Counted from the first letter of the stretch, positions 1-10,585 are shown. The stretch: DNA of 64,000 bases from an uncultured delta proteobacterium (GCA_963699755.1 CAVOVB010000002.1:640001-704000); one strand, 5' to 3'. Translations and numbers: made by a program. The notes: generated by a model not told the origin, from the letters alone.

Positions 1-870
1 TTCCCGGAACCTCCCCTCTTGGGTTTCGGTCCATAGGTCTCGATTTGTCGCCGCAACGATTCTGGCGTCGACCTTGGTTTCGCCGGATTCTCCGACAGGA
101 CGAATCGATTTCGTTTCGATTGCCCGAAGCAGCTTCGCCTGGCTTTCGAGAGGAAGCTCGGCAAGCTCGTCGATGAACAGAGTACCTCCTTCCGCCTCCC
201 GAAAGAGCCCTACCCTATCGCCCTGCGCGCCAGTGAAAGAGCCGCGCTTGTGGCCGAAGAGCTCGCTCTCGAAGAGCTCGCGCGGGACACAGGCCGCGTT
301 CATGGCAACGAAAGGCCCGCTCGCCCGGTTGCTCTGAGCGTGAATCTGCCGGGCCACGACCTCCTTGCCGGTGCCGGTCTCGCCTAAAACGAGGACCGTC
401 TCGTCGGTAGGTGCGACCGTCCTGACGAACTCCTTCACCTCGTCCATGACCGCGCTCTGTCCGATCAGTGGCGCAATGTCGTGGTCCCCCCCGCCTGGCT
501 CCGCTCCGCCTCTCTCGAGCAGCGCCTGCCGTAGCAGAGGCCTGAGCATGTCGGCATCTACCGGTTTCTCCAGGAACGAGTATGCCCCGAGCTGCATGGC
601 TTCGACGGCTGCCTTCACCGTTCCATGCCCTGTCAGGACGATGACGCGCGTGGAGATGGAGCTGCAGCGTCGAAGCACTTCCAGTCCACCGATGCCTTTC
701 ATCTTGAGGTCGAGGAGAGCGACATCGGGCGGCGATCCGTCACGGAGCACCTCGACCGCTTCTTCTCCGCTGCTCGCCTCAGAGACGGCGTAGCCGCCAC
801 GCCGCAACGCCTTCGCCATCGCGAAACGAAACGCCGTATCGTCGTCGATGATCAGGACGCTGCCGTTCAT
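1..870 (-). CDS. Sigma-54-dependent response regulator (NtrC family: REC + AAA+), runs off the left edge
   Basis: Not in ORF track. My translation from ATG 870: MNGSVLIIDDD..ALLDLKM..FLEKP (receiver), VLVLGETGTGKE (Walker A), ESELFGHKRGSFTGA (GAFTGA-like), GGTLFIDE (Walker B). ATGA overlap with the kinase stop. Confidence 0.93.
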   Translation of the reverse strand, partial: MNGSVLIIDDDTAFRFAMAKALRRGGYAVSEASSGEEAVEVLRDGSPPDVALLDLKMKGIGGLEVLRRCSSISTRVIVLTGHGTVKAAVEAMQLGAYSFLEKPVDADMLRPLLRQALLERGGAEPGGGDHDIAPLIGQSAVMDEVKEFVRTVAPTDETVLVLGETGTGKEVVARQIHAQSNRASGPFVAMNAACVPRELFESELFGHKRGSFTGAQGDRVGLFREAEGGTLFIDELAELPLESQAKLLRAIETKSIRPVGESGETKVDARIVAATNRDLWTETQEGRFRE

Positions 871-2606
871 TGCCAAGGCGCACGGTGCGGCACCCCGGGC
901 TCTTTTGCAAGCGTCTGCTCACCGGCCGGCAGGCGCACGCGCGCACTGGCCCCTCCCTGGGCCCGGTTCTCGATGGTGAGTTCTCCTCCCATCGTTTGAA
1001 CGAGCATATAGGAAGCGTATAGGCCAAGGCCCGTGCCCTCTCCCGGCGGCTTCGTCGTTGCGAACGGCTCGAAGAGGCGCCCTTCGATTTCGGGATCGAT
1101 TCCACTGCCCTCGTCCTCGACGATGATCTCGACGACCGAGCCACGTCGCTCGGCAGACACCGAGATGCTGCGGCCGCCGGCCGCCCGGCTGGCATCCAGC
1201 GCGTTCTGCAGAAGATTCACGAGGACTTGCAGCAGTCGGTCGGGATCGGCAACCGCGACCAAGTCGTCGAGTGATTGGTCGATGGCGAGCTCCGGACCGT
1301 CGTCGCGCACACCCGCGAACACTAGCGCATGGGCGCGCTGAAGGATGGGGAGCAGCGGAGCGGCAGAGCTCAGGCGGAGCCTCGGAAGCGTCCCTCCGGT
1401 CAGTAACGAATGCGTGATGCGGCCGAGTCGACCCGTCTCGTCGCGGATCAGCGCAGCCGACTCGGCGAGGTCCGACTGAAGCGCCTCGTCTCCGCCAAGC
1501 AAGCGAATCGCTTCGCGCATGTCGGCGGCCAAGGTTCGAATCGTCGCGAGCGGTGTGTTGAGCTCGTGGGCGACGCCTTGTGCGACACGGCCAAGGCTCG
1601 CCAAGCGCTCGGCATGGAGCAGCCGGCGCTCGGAGTCGAGGATCTGAGTGCGATCGACGTAGAGATTCATGATCCTTGGCGGGTCGTTCCCCCGAGACGC
1701 CAAAGGGAACGTCAGCATCTCATACGCCCTCTCGCCCACCATGAAACGGCATCGCCCTTCCGCGCCGTCGTCGCGCGCTCTCCAAACGGGACAAAGACCC
1801 GCCGGCTGAGTTTCGCAGGCCCTGACTGCGACGGGGCATTCCCAGGTTCCCTGGTCGTTGGGCGCGGGCGCAACCTCGTCAGCGACGCGGTTCCGCCATT
1901 CGACCTGGCCGTCGGGAGAAACGAGCTCGAGACCAGCCTCGAGCTCGTCGAGCGTGTTGGAGATGACCTGGTACTCGAGCTCTGCCTGGTCCCGGGAACG
2001 GGCAAGGGCTCGCTCTCGATCACGCAATTCGCGCACGGCGTGCCTCACCACGTATGCCGCTGCGCCCACCGTCGTCGTGAAAGCCGCAACGTTGCCGATC
2101 GTGTCCCAGGGTGGTGCCGGATCCCAGGCTCCGATCTTCAGGGCTGTAGCCCATTCGGTGAGAGCGAGGAAACCGGCGCTGGCGAACGCTGCTGCGGTGG
2201 CAACGAGGGTCGCGCCCGGCCCTCCGAGAATTCCGATCAGCGCGAGGTGGAAGACATAGAAGCCGATGAAGGGAGTGGAAATCCCACCAGCAGCCCAGAG
2301 GACGACGGTCAGCATCAACAGGTCGACTAGCGCTTGAGAAACCGCTGCCCGCTTTCCCGCTCCTGGTCCAGGCGCGCGCCGGAGCAAGACGACGTTGTAG
2401 ATGCTCCCACAGGCCGCTACGAGCAACAAGACAGGCCAAGCTACGCCAGGAAAGAAGCCCGCCGCCGCAAACACCGACGCCACGAGTACGCCCGCCATGG
2501 CAACCCAGCGCAAGCTGATCAGCCAGCGGATTCGATCTGCGCTGAAGTCATCCCGCTCTTGAGAATCAGCGAACACACTCGAACGGCTTGGTTCCGCGGC
2601 CATCAT
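867..2606 (-). CDS. Membrane sensor histidine kinase
   Basis: About 6 TM helices, H-box VAHELNTPL, N-box NLLQNALDA, DEGSG, FEPFATTK, GTGLGL. ORF is open to 2684; ATG 2606 chosen to avoid overlap with the divergent gene. Confidence 0.92.
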   Translation of the reverse strand: MMAAEPSRSSVFADSQERDDFSADRIRWLISLRWVAMAGVLVASVFAAAGFFPGVAWPVLLLVAACGSIYNVVLLRRAPGPGAGKRAAVSQALVDLLMLTVVLWAAGGISTPFIGFYVFHLALIGILGGPGATLVATAAAFASAGFLALTEWATALKIGAWDPAPPWDTIGNVAAFTTTVGAAAYVVRHAVRELRDRERALARSRDQAELEYQVISNTLDELEAGLELVSPDGQVEWRNRVADEVAPAPNDQGTWECPVAVRACETQPAGLCPVWRARDDGAEGRCRFMVGERAYEMLTFPLASRGNDPPRIMNLYVDRTQILDSERRLLHAERLASLGRVAQGVAHELNTPLATIRTLAADMREAIRLLGGDEALQSDLAESAALIRDETGRLGRITHSLLTGGTLPRLRLSSAAPLLPILQRAHALVFAGVRDDGPELAIDQSLDDLVAVADPDRLLQVLVNLLQNALDASRAAGGRSISVSAERRGSVVEIIVEDEGSGIDPEIEGRLFEPFATTKPPGEGTGLGLYASYMLVQTMGGELTIENRAQGGASARVRLPAGEQTLAKEPGVPHRAPWQ

Positions 2607-2668
2607 GACTTTCTGGGGTTTGGGGTCGATCGCGTCTGCGGGCCAGGGTACAACGACTGAAGCCGCCG

Positions 2669-3220
2669 ATGGCAAGCGAATCACAAGAGAGAAGGATGGT
2701 CGTGGCGATCATGTTGACCTCTACCTTGCTGACGATGCTCGGCATCGCGGGGGTTCTGACTGGCGGGTACGATCTATCGATGACTCCACTCCCCGAGGAT
2801 CTTCGCGAGCTGTCTGAACGCGATACAGAGCTCAGCGACGCCGAAGTTCTGCTTCTGGAAGCTCGGGTTAGCAATCCCTATCGGCGTCCCATGGCCGCAG
2901 CAAACGTGGTCGTGTCGGCCTTGGTGCTCATTGGGAGCTTCCTCTTGAGCTGGCGCCGGTCGCTTGCGCAATGGTGGATTAGGCAGGCGGTGGCGGCGAA
3001 GCTGATCTGGATCGGGGCCTACACCGTCTCGCTGGTCTCCCATCTCAAGCTGACCTTTGCACCGCTGCCCGTCGAAGAGCCCCGAGCAGGGCTTCAGGGG
3101 CTGATCGGCAGCTTGGTCGTCGTCAGCATGATCAATGCAACCCTACACCTCGCAGCCGCGTACCGAGCCACGCGGCCTGACATCAGAGAATTCATTGCAT
3201 CCGCCGAGGCTAGAAATTGA
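2669..3220 (+). CDS. Hypothetical membrane protein (about 4 TM)
   Basis: 183-aa ORF with four hydrophobic segments filling the gap between neighbours; no recognised motif. Confidence 0.7.
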   Translation: MASESQERRMVVAIMLTSTLLTMLGIAGVLTGGYDLSMTPLPEDLRELSERDTELSDAEVLLLEARVSNPYRRPMAAANVVVSALVLIGSFLLSWRRSLAQWWIRQAVAAKLIWIGAYTVSLVSHLKLTFAPLPVEEPRAGLQGLIGSLVVVSMINATLHLAAAYRATRPDIREFIASAEARN

Positions 3221-3947
3221 TGCGGCGCATGATTGCGCGCGGCAGCGATCGAATTACGACCATGATCCATCGCCAGGGGGCCGGCGCATAAACGACTGGC
3301 GCTCGCCGATCGATCGCCCGAAGGACTCGCTGAGCAACCGCATCCGGCTCGCCAGCGAATGGAGGCGGTCTTAGGCCGGCGGTCATGCTCGTCTTGACGA
3401 AGCCGGGCTTGACGGTGACCACAGAAAGCCCGTCGGCGTGATGCTTGTGATCCAAGCCCTCCAGATAGTGGGTCAGGCCTGCCTTCGCCGCACCGTAGAT
3501 GATCACGGGCTTGCGACCTCGTTCCCCGGCGACTGAGCTGAAGACGCACAAGGTACCGCCCGCTTCTCGGAGCAGCGCGTTCTTGGCCGCCTCGCAGAAC
3601 AAGACGGTGTTGGAGAAGTTGGTTCGCAGAAGCCTCTCGGTGAGCGCTGGGTCGGCTTCCAGCTCGTCTTGGCTGGCGAAGATCGCGGCGCTGACCACGA
3701 CCGCGTCCAGACCCCCGAGCGCTTCGCGGGCCGCATCGAGCGCCGGACCAAACATCCCCGGCTTCTCCAGGTCACAGGCGACGCATCCAACCGTACCGTC
3801 GCCACCGCGAACCCCGAGGTCCGCGGCGCTGCGCTCGAGGTCAGCCTCGCTCCGACCGAGAAGGCAGATTCGGTCCCCGCGCTCCGCTGCCAATCGCGCG
3901 AGCGCACGCCCCATTCCCTTGGTGGCGCCCAGAATCGCAACTCTCAT
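3210..3947 (-). CDS. dprE2: DprE2-like short-chain dehydrogenase
   Basis: GATKGMG Rossmann motif, FSSVAGERGR, YGAAK, VKPGFVKTSMT; 1 bp downstream of the DprE1-like gene. Confidence 0.75.
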   Translation of the reverse strand: MRVAILGATKGMGRALARLAAERGDRICLLGRSEADLERSAADLGVRGGDGTVGCVACDLEKPGMFGPALDAAREALGGLDAVVVSAAIFASQDELEADPALTERLLRTNFSNTVLFCEAAKNALLREAGGTLCVFSSVAGERGRKPVIIYGAAKAGLTHYLEGLDHKHHADGLSVVTVKPGFVKTSMTAGLRPPPFAGEPDAVAQRVLRAIDRRAPVVYAPAPWRWIMVVIRSLPRAIMRRINF

Positions 3948-3948
3948 C

Positions 3949-5277
3949 TCAGTCCCCTAGCAGTCGCACCGACTGTGCGCTTCGAAACCTATGGTTCGGA
4001 TCCCAGCGACTGCGAATCGCTCTGAACTCATCCAGGCGCGCCCCTTCCATCGCTTCGAAGTGCTCGCGCCGCGTAAATGAATCCTTGGCGAGGTAGATGC
4101 GCCCGCCTTCCTGCAGCACCTGCTCGTTCAGGGCGTCGATCAGTGCCTGGGTATCGTCCCGGACCGCGATGTCGAGCGCAAGCGTGATTCCCGGGCGCGG
4201 AAAGGAGAGAACGCCGCGGCTCTCGCGTCCGAAGTCCTTGATCACGCACAGGAACGAAGCGCCACCGCGCGCGGTGAGAATCTCGAGCACACGTCGCGCA
4301 GAGCCGCGACCGACCTCTCGTGGCAAGACGCACTGGTACTGAGTGAAGCCGCGCCGACCGTACATCCGGTTCCAGGACCCGATCGCATCGAGTGGATAGT
4401 AGAATGGCTCGTAGCTGACGACACCGCTCGATCGCTCTCGCCACTGCTTGCGATAGTAGAGCTCGTTGAAGGCCCGAATCGTGAGGCCGTTGAGAACCCA
4501 GGAAGGCCAGTCGAATTGAAGGCTAGGCCGAAAGCCCTGCCTGGGAGGCCCAACGGGAGCCTCGTGGGCTTCGGCCCAGCGACCGGTCATGAGAATCCCG
4601 CGGCCCATGCTCTTGCCGCGCGCGAGACCGTCGATCCAGCCCATGGTGTAGGGCCAGTCCGGTGCTGCTTCTTCGAGGGCGTCCTGGAACTCGTCGATAT
4701 CATGGATGCGACGGCTCTCTTGCCAGATCCACGGCGATGGGATTCGGCGTAGCCCAAACTCGACCTCAAGGATGTGCCCCGTAAGCCCCATCCCGCCGAT
4801 TGTGGCCCGAAAAAGGTCCGGATGTTGATCCGGTGAGCACTCGAGCACGCGACCATCCGCGACGCGCATCTTGAGCGATGTCACGTGGTCGCCGATGTTG
4901 CCGTCCCTGTGTTGGTTCTTTCCGTGGATGTCAGCGGCAACCATGCCCCCGAGGGTGACGAACTTCGTGCCCGGAGAGACCGGCGAGAAATAGCCGCGCG
5001 CGATGAAGAGCCGGTTGAGCTCGGCGAGCGCAAAGCCTGACTCGGCGCGCAGGCACCCCGTGTCTTCATCGAATTTCAGAATTCGATCGGCGAACCTGGT
5101 GTTCAGTACGTCGGGCTGGTCACCGGGAGGCAGCGACGCATCGCCGTAGGAACGGCCAAGTCCCCGTGAGAGATGGACTTCGCTACTGATGCGCTCGAGA
5201 TCTTCGCCTAGGTGCTCACGCCCCGGAGCCGAGTGCCGACCCCAGCCTGAGAGCATCGAAAACGGTATTTCAGGCAT
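3949..5277 (-). CDS. dprE1: DprE1-like FAD-dependent oxidoreductase
   Basis: RGLGRSYGDA, PGTKFVTLGGMVAADIHGKN, GGMGLTG, WNRMYGRRGFTQYQ, GGRIYLAKDS match DprE1-family signatures. Confidence 0.85.
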   Translation of the reverse strand: MPEIPFSMLSGWGRHSAPGREHLGEDLERISSEVHLSRGLGRSYGDASLPPGDQPDVLNTRFADRILKFDEDTGCLRAESGFALAELNRLFIARGYFSPVSPGTKFVTLGGMVAADIHGKNQHRDGNIGDHVTSLKMRVADGRVLECSPDQHPDLFRATIGGMGLTGHILEVEFGLRRIPSPWIWQESRRIHDIDEFQDALEEAAPDWPYTMGWIDGLARGKSMGRGILMTGRWAEAHEAPVGPPRQGFRPSLQFDWPSWVLNGLTIRAFNELYYRKQWRERSSGVVSYEPFYYPLDAIGSWNRMYGRRGFTQYQCVLPREVGRGSARRVLEILTARGGASFLCVIKDFGRESRGVLSFPRPGITLALDIAVRDDTQALIDALNEQVLQEGGRIYLAKDSFTRREHFEAMEGARLDEFRAIRSRWDPNHRFRSAQSVRLLGD

Positions 5278-5312
5278 GGCGTCGATACTGTAGCGCGATG
5301 CCAGTCAGAGCC

Positions 5313-6482
5313 CTAGCGTCCGCGTTTCGGTAGAAGCTCCTTGCCAAGCTCGTCGGCCCGGTCGGTGCGCTCCCAGGTGAACGTCTTCTCGGTGCGGCCA
5401 AAGTGCCCATAGGCGGCCGTCGCCGCGTAAATGGGACGAAGAAGGTCGAGGGTCTCGACGATGGCCGCGGGGCGGAAGTCGAACAGCTTCGACACGGCTT
5501 TGCTGATCTTCTCGTCGGGGACGACACCGGTGCCAAAGGTCGTCACATAGACGCCCATGGGCTTCGCCACGCCAATGGCATAGGCGACCTGAACCTCGCA
5601 GCGGGACGCGACCTTGGACGCGACGATGTTCTTGGCGACGTATCGTGCGAAATATGCCGCGCTGCGATCGACTTTGGAAGGGTCCTTGCCGCTGAAGGCG
5701 CCGCCACCGTGCCGGCCCATGCCACCATAGGTGTCGACGATGATCTTTCGACCGGTCAGTCCTGCGTCTCCAAAGGGCCCGCCAACGACGAAGCGTCCAG
5801 TCGGGTTGATGTGAATCTTGGTCTTCTTGTCGATCATCTTCGCGGGAAGGGTCGGCTTGATGACCTCTTCGATGATGGCATCTCGGAGGGCACGCTGCTT
5901 GATGCTTTCCGCATGCTGCGTCGACACCACGATCGCATCGAAGCGACGTGGTTTCTCGTCCTCGTATTCGACTGTGACCTGGGTCTTGCCGTCCGGACGA
6001 AGGCCTTCGATGATGTTCTTCTTGCGAACATGGCTGAGCCTACGCGCCAGCTTGTGGGAGAGATCGATCGGCATCGGCATGAGCTCTCGGGTCTCATTGA
6101 CGGCGTAGCCGAACATCAAACCCTGGTCGCCTGCGCCCTGCTCCTTGGTCGCGCTCGAATCGACGCCTCGGGCGATGTCCGGTGATTGCTGCTCGACTGC
6201 GGTCAAGATGCCGCAGGTCGCCGCATCGAAGCCCATCGAGGAGTCGGTGTAACCGATCGCGGTAATCGCTGACCGGGCGATCTTCGCGATATCGATATTC
6301 GCCGTCGAAGTGACCTCGCCAGCGCACACGACGAACCCGGTCTTCACCATGGTTTCGACCGCGACGCGCGACCTTGGGTCCTGGGCGAGGTATGCATCTA
6401 GCAACGAATCGCTGACCGTGTCGCAGATTTTGTCGGGGTGACCCTCGGTCACCGACTCGGAAGTGAACAGGTATTGGCTCAT
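5313..6482 (-). CDS. metK: S-adenosylmethionine synthetase
   Basis: [49 protein letters not shown]. Confidence 0.99.
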   Translation of the reverse strand: MSQYLFTSESVTEGHPDKICDTVSDSLLDAYLAQDPRSRVAVETMVKTGFVVCAGEVTSTANIDIAKIARSAITAIGYTDSSMGFDAATCGILTAVEQQSPDIARGVDSSATKEQGAGDQGLMFGYAVNETRELMPMPIDLSHKLARRLSHVRKKNIIEGLRPDGKTQVTVEYEDEKPRRFDAIVVSTQHAESIKQRALRDAIIEEVIKPTLPAKMIDKKTKIHINPTGRFVVGGPFGDAGLTGRKIIVDTYGGMGRHGGGAFSGKDPSKVDRSAAYFARYVAKNIVASKVASRCEVQVAYAIGVAKPMGVYVTTFGTGVVPDEKISKAVSKLFDFRPAAIVETLDLLRPIYAATAAYGHFGRTEKTFTWERTDRADELGKELLPKRGR

Positions 6483-6539
6483 CTTGGCGATGCCTCTTAT
6501 CGTTGACGGTCCCTGGAGTCAATTGGTCGCTGACAATGC

Positions 6540-7841
6540 TCAGAAACCGTCCGGGGGCTCGACCTGATAGGTCGATAGAACATGCAGCTCGTAGGGGTCG
6601 CAGCTGCTCCCTAGCTGGGTGGAGGCGACGACGACCAGGACTTTGCCTATCCCCGAGTCCGTCGCCCCGCTGGAGCCTGAGTTGCAGTGGCGTTCGATGC
6701 CGATCGCCTCGCCCTGCGAGATGCAGAACTTGGTGCCCTCGATCTCTTCTTCCCAGCCGGGGCAGTTGCCCACGCCTTCGTCCCCGTTGGGGCACAAGTA
6801 GGTCAGGTAGAGGACCCGGTCGCCGTTCGCGCCCAAAGCCTGCGCCACGATTGGCGTCGGGGCATCGAGCACTTGCAACTCGTAATAGTCGACATCGCTC
6901 GAATCGTGAAGCGTAGCCTGAACCGTGATACCCCATACGTCCTGCATGCAGTTGGGGCCGGCGCCGGCTCCACAGAGCAGGGTCGCGTCGTTCACGTGAT
7001 CGTTTTTCTCGAATAGGTCCGAGCAGACGCATCGACCGCCGTCGCAACGGAAGCCGTCTTCGAAGCCGTTGTCCCGGCAGGTGCCACAAAGCGTCGGCGT
7101 GCCGCAGATTGGCGCGTTGCCGCACTCGACACCTTGCCCCTCGCATGTGCAGTCGCCAAGGCACTCGAAGACCAAGTCGTTCGACAGAACGCAATCCTCG
7201 CCGCCCCTGCACGACGGGCAGACGGCTAGGCCTCCGCAGCCGTCTGGAAGTCCACCTGGCGGCGAGCATTCATTCTCGGCGCAGGGATAGGCCGGTTCAC
7301 AGCACTCGCCTTCGATGCAGACCTGGTCCGCGGTGCAACGGTCGTTGCAGCCGAGACCGCAGTCCGTGCCAGGGGGGCAAACACAACGGTTGCCGACGCA
7401 AGCCTGGTCGCCCAGGCAAGCCCCACAGAAGATCGCCTGCTCCTGACCACCACAACGGGTGGGAATCACGCCGCACTCGGCGCCGCCCTCGAAGTTGGCA
7501 CAACTGTTTTCTTCGCATCCACAAACGAAATTCTGGTCGTTCGCGCCGCAGGCTTCGCCCTCGGGGCAGCCACCACATTCGATCGATCCGTCGCAACCGT
7601 CCGGCAACGCGCCGCATTCGATCGTAATTCCGAGAGAAGCGAAGTCGCTGATCACTTGCTCGCAGGACTTCGGTACGCACTCCGGTTCTTTCGAGTCGTA
7701 ACAACGGCTGTCGCTGCTCCAGCAGAAGTAGCCTGAAGGGCAGTCGCTGGGTTGGCCACAACCAAATAGTCCGTTTGGAATGGAGAGGTTGCACCCACCG
7801 AGGGCGAAGAGGCCGAGAACGAAGACGAAGCGAAAGCCCAT
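6540..7841 (-). CDS. Cys-rich repeat lipoprotein with C-terminal DxxExND/PPC-like domain
   Basis: Lipobox LGGC; repeated CGxxPDGCxG..CGxC units; DLFEKND...DVDYY segment. Confidence 0.8.
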   Translation of the reverse strand: MGFRFVFVLGLFALGGCNLSIPNGLFGCGQPSDCPSGYFCWSSDSRCYDSKEPECVPKSCEQVISDFASLGITIECGALPDGCDGSIECGGCPEGEACGANDQNFVCGCEENSCANFEGGAECGVIPTRCGGQEQAIFCGACLGDQACVGNRCVCPPGTDCGLGCNDRCTADQVCIEGECCEPAYPCAENECSPPGGLPDGCGGLAVCPSCRGGEDCVLSNDLVFECLGDCTCEGQGVECGNAPICGTPTLCGTCRDNGFEDGFRCDGGRCVCSDLFEKNDHVNDATLLCGAGAGPNCMQDVWGITVQATLHDSSDVDYYELQVLDAPTPIVAQALGANGDRVLYLTYLCPNGDEGVGNCPGWEEEIEGTKFCISQGEAIGIERHCNSGSSGATDSGIGKVLVVVASTQLGSSCDPYELHVLSTYQVEPPDGF

Positions 7842-8611
7842 CAGAAAGCTCCTCTCACCGAAATGCCCGCGGGGCCGATGATCAGTTCGGGGATCGATTC
7901 CTCGTGCCCCCCGGTGAGCCGCCAGATCACGCCGCCGATGATCCCTGCTCCTCCGACGGCCATGAGGGCGACGCCGGCCTTGCTCAGTCGCGGTCCCCGA
8001 TCGGCCATTTCTTGGACCATCGAATAGCTCGATCCCGCCGGCGCGTTTTCGACTTCCTTCTGATCACGTTGCCCGAGACCGAGGAGCACTGCTCCGGTTG
8101 CTAGCGCCGCGCCACTGACTCCAATGGTGATCCAAGGACCTGGTCCTGGTCCTACGTACTCGGTGAGCGGTCGTTCGGCCTTGACCTTCGCAGCCGCCTC
8201 GACCGCCGCTCTGCGCGCTTCGATTTCGGCGTCGAGCGCAGCCCTTTCTCGTGCTTCGATCGCGTCACGCAATACCGCAATTCTGCTCTCGACGTGCTCA
8301 CGGTCGGCCGACTCGGGGCGCGCCTCGAGGTAGCCTGCGTATGCCGCGACAGCCTCTTCGTCGCGCCGCAACCGATCGGAAACCGCAGCGATGTTGTAGA
8401 GAAGGTCTGGGCTGCTCGTCAGCTCGTATGCTTTCCTGAAACTCGCGAGTGCACGTTCGAACTCGCCATCGGCATAGGCAGCGGTCCCAAGCGCGAAGGC
8501 CTCTTTGGCCTCAGCGATTCGCTGTTCGTGTGATCGCGAGCCCTGCGCCAGGACGCTCGCTGCGGAAACCAAAGATGTGACGCCGATAACCAGGATAAGA
8601 AGGAAACGCAT
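7841..8611 (-). CDS. Secreted TPR protein with hydrophobic C-terminal region
   Basis: Signal peptide, TPR-like helices (ALASFRKAYELTSSPDLLYNIA), Gly-rich hydrophobic segments, ends ...ISVRGAF; stop overlaps the next ATG. Confidence 0.82.
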   Translation of the reverse strand: MRFLLILVIGVTSLVSAASVLAQGSRSHEQRIAEAKEAFALGTAAYADGEFERALASFRKAYELTSSPDLLYNIAAVSDRLRRDEEAVAAYAGYLEARPESADREHVESRIAVLRDAIEARERAALDAEIEARRAAVEAAAKVKAERPLTEYVGPGPGPWITIGVSGAALATGAVLLGLGQRDQKEVENAPAGSSYSMVQEMADRGPRLSKAGVALMAVGGAGIIGGVIWRLTGGHEESIPELIIGPAGISVRGAF

Positions 8612-8680
8612 CTCTCCCCCGAAAGTAAGGCCGCGCGCGAAACGCGTTCCTACAAGCTAGCAGTCCGAAAAAGCGGATGC

Positions 8681-10291
8681 TCATTCGCGGGCGATGTAGG
8701 GGGCCCTATCCTTGGAGATGCGAGTGTCCCCCTGCCACTCGCCGCCGGCGTGGGGGTAGTCCAAATTGTAATGAAGCCCACGGCTTTCTTTGCGAGCGCT
8801 CGCGCAACGGATGATCAGCTCGGCGACGTCAGCAATGTTTCGAAGCTCCAACATGTCGCGGTTGACCAAGTGAGCCCAGTAGTATTCGCGAATCTCGTCC
8901 TGCAGCATTGCGATGCGACGCAGGGCACGGTGCAGACGCCGGTCGGTGCGAACGATGCCCACATAGTTCCACATGAATCGGCGTATCTCATCCCAGTTCT
9001 GAGATACGACCACCGCTTCGTCGCTCGGGACCGCCTCGCCCACATCCCAGTCGGCGACCTCGGGAAGCGTCCGTTCTGAGGTCGTCTCCAGCGCCTCCTG
9101 AGCGGCGATCGCGGTTCGATGACCGTACACCAGGCCTTCGAGAAGCGAGTTCGAGGCCAAGCGGTTCGCACCGTGCAGGCCCGTGCAAGTCACCTCGCCG
9201 ACGGCCCAGAGGCCTGGGAGCGTCGAGCTGCCTTTGTCGTCGACCACGACCCCGCCACACATGTAGTGGGCCGCGGGAACCACGGGGATGGGCTCTTTGG
9301 TGATGTCGATGCCGTACTGAAGGCATCGCGCATGGATCTTTGGAAACCTCTCGAGGACGAAGGACTCGGGCTCGTGAGTCATGTCGAGGTAGACGCAATC
9401 GTCGCCACGGCGTTTCATCTCGTAGTCGATCGCGCGGGCAACCACATCGCGAGGAGCCAGGTCTTTCATCTCGTGATGCCTCTCCATGAAAGCCTCGCCG
9501 CTTTGGAGTCGAAGAACCCCACCCTCGCCGCGCAGCGCTTCACTGATGAGAAAACTCTTGGCTTTGGGATGAAACAGGCAGGTCGGATGAAACTGAAAGA
9601 ACTCCATGTTCGCGAGCTCGGCCCCAGCGCGATAGGCCATCGCAACGCCGTCACCGGTCGCCACGTCGGGGTTCGAGGTATAGAGATAGACCTTGCCCGC
9701 ACCCCCGGTGGCCAGCACGGTGGCACGAGCGAGATAAGTCTTGACCTGGCCGCTGTTTTCGTCGAGCACGTAGGCGCCGACGACCCGGCGAGGACCTCCG
9801 AACTTCGACGCTACGACGAGATCGATCGCCATGTGGTCTTCGGCGACGTGGATGTTGGGCGAGGCCAACGCAGCCTGGACGAGCACCCTTTGGACTTCCT
9901 CGCCAGTGATGTCCCCTGCATGGACGACGCGTCGAGCGCTATGACCACCCTCCCTCGTGAGGTCTAGGGAAAGACCCTCGTGAGTTCGGCTGAACTGCGC
10001 GCCGAGATCCATCAGCTCGCGAATACGGTCCGGGCCGTCGCGGACCACCATTTCGACGATCTCGCGATGCGAAAGTCCACCCCCGGTGCCCATCGTGTCG
10101 GTGACGTGAGCCTCGAAGGAATCCGCGGGGTCGAGCACCGCGGCGATCCCGCCCTGCGCCCAGTTCGTCGCGGAGTCCATAGGGCTTCGCTTGGTGACCA
10201 TCATCACGCGGCTGTGGCGCGCAGCCTCGAGCGCGAAGCTCAAACCGGCGACTCCACTTCCCAGCACCAGGTAATCGCACTCGGTCCGCAT
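8681..10291 (-). CDS. nadB: L-aspartate oxidase
   Basis: GSGVAGL, WAQGGIA, REGGHS, QFHPT, LISEALRGEG, GLHGANRLASNSLLE, ESRGLH. Confidence 0.98.
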   Translation of the reverse strand: MRTECDYLVLGSGVAGLSFALEAARHSRVMMVTKRSPMDSATNWAQGGIAAVLDPADSFEAHVTDTMGTGGGLSHREIVEMVVRDGPDRIRELMDLGAQFSRTHEGLSLDLTREGGHSARRVVHAGDITGEEVQRVLVQAALASPNIHVAEDHMAIDLVVASKFGGPRRVVGAYVLDENSGQVKTYLARATVLATGGAGKVYLYTSNPDVATGDGVAMAYRAGAELANMEFFQFHPTCLFHPKAKSFLISEALRGEGGVLRLQSGEAFMERHHEMKDLAPRDVVARAIDYEMKRRGDDCVYLDMTHEPESFVLERFPKIHARCLQYGIDITKEPIPVVPAAHYMCGGVVVDDKGSSTLPGLWAVGEVTCTGLHGANRLASNSLLEGLVYGHRTAIAAQEALETTSERTLPEVADWDVGEAVPSDEAVVVSQNWDEIRRFMWNYVGIVRTDRRLHRALRRIAMLQDEIREYYWAHLVNRDMLELRNIADVAELIIRCASARKESRGLHYNLDYPHAGGEWQGDTRISKDRAPYIARE

Positions 10292-10585
10292 GGACGCCGG
10301 AGTCTAACAGGCCGGGCGGCAGCCGCGAGCGGGGTTTTCGCGAGTCAACGAGGATCGAGCTCTAGGGCTGGACGGGGTCCGAAGGCGGAACGAAATACTG
10401 GAAACAACTGCCGCGGTAGCCCTTGACCAAGAGCAGACCAGGTCGCCCAGGCAGCCCCGGACGTCGATGCGTTCGAAGTGCTCCGAAGTGCCAGGGGATG
10501 CCCATCATGGGCAGAACTGTGACGAGTACGACCAAGAGAGGCGCATTTTGGCGTGACTCGAGACCCGGGGATACACTTCCGAACG

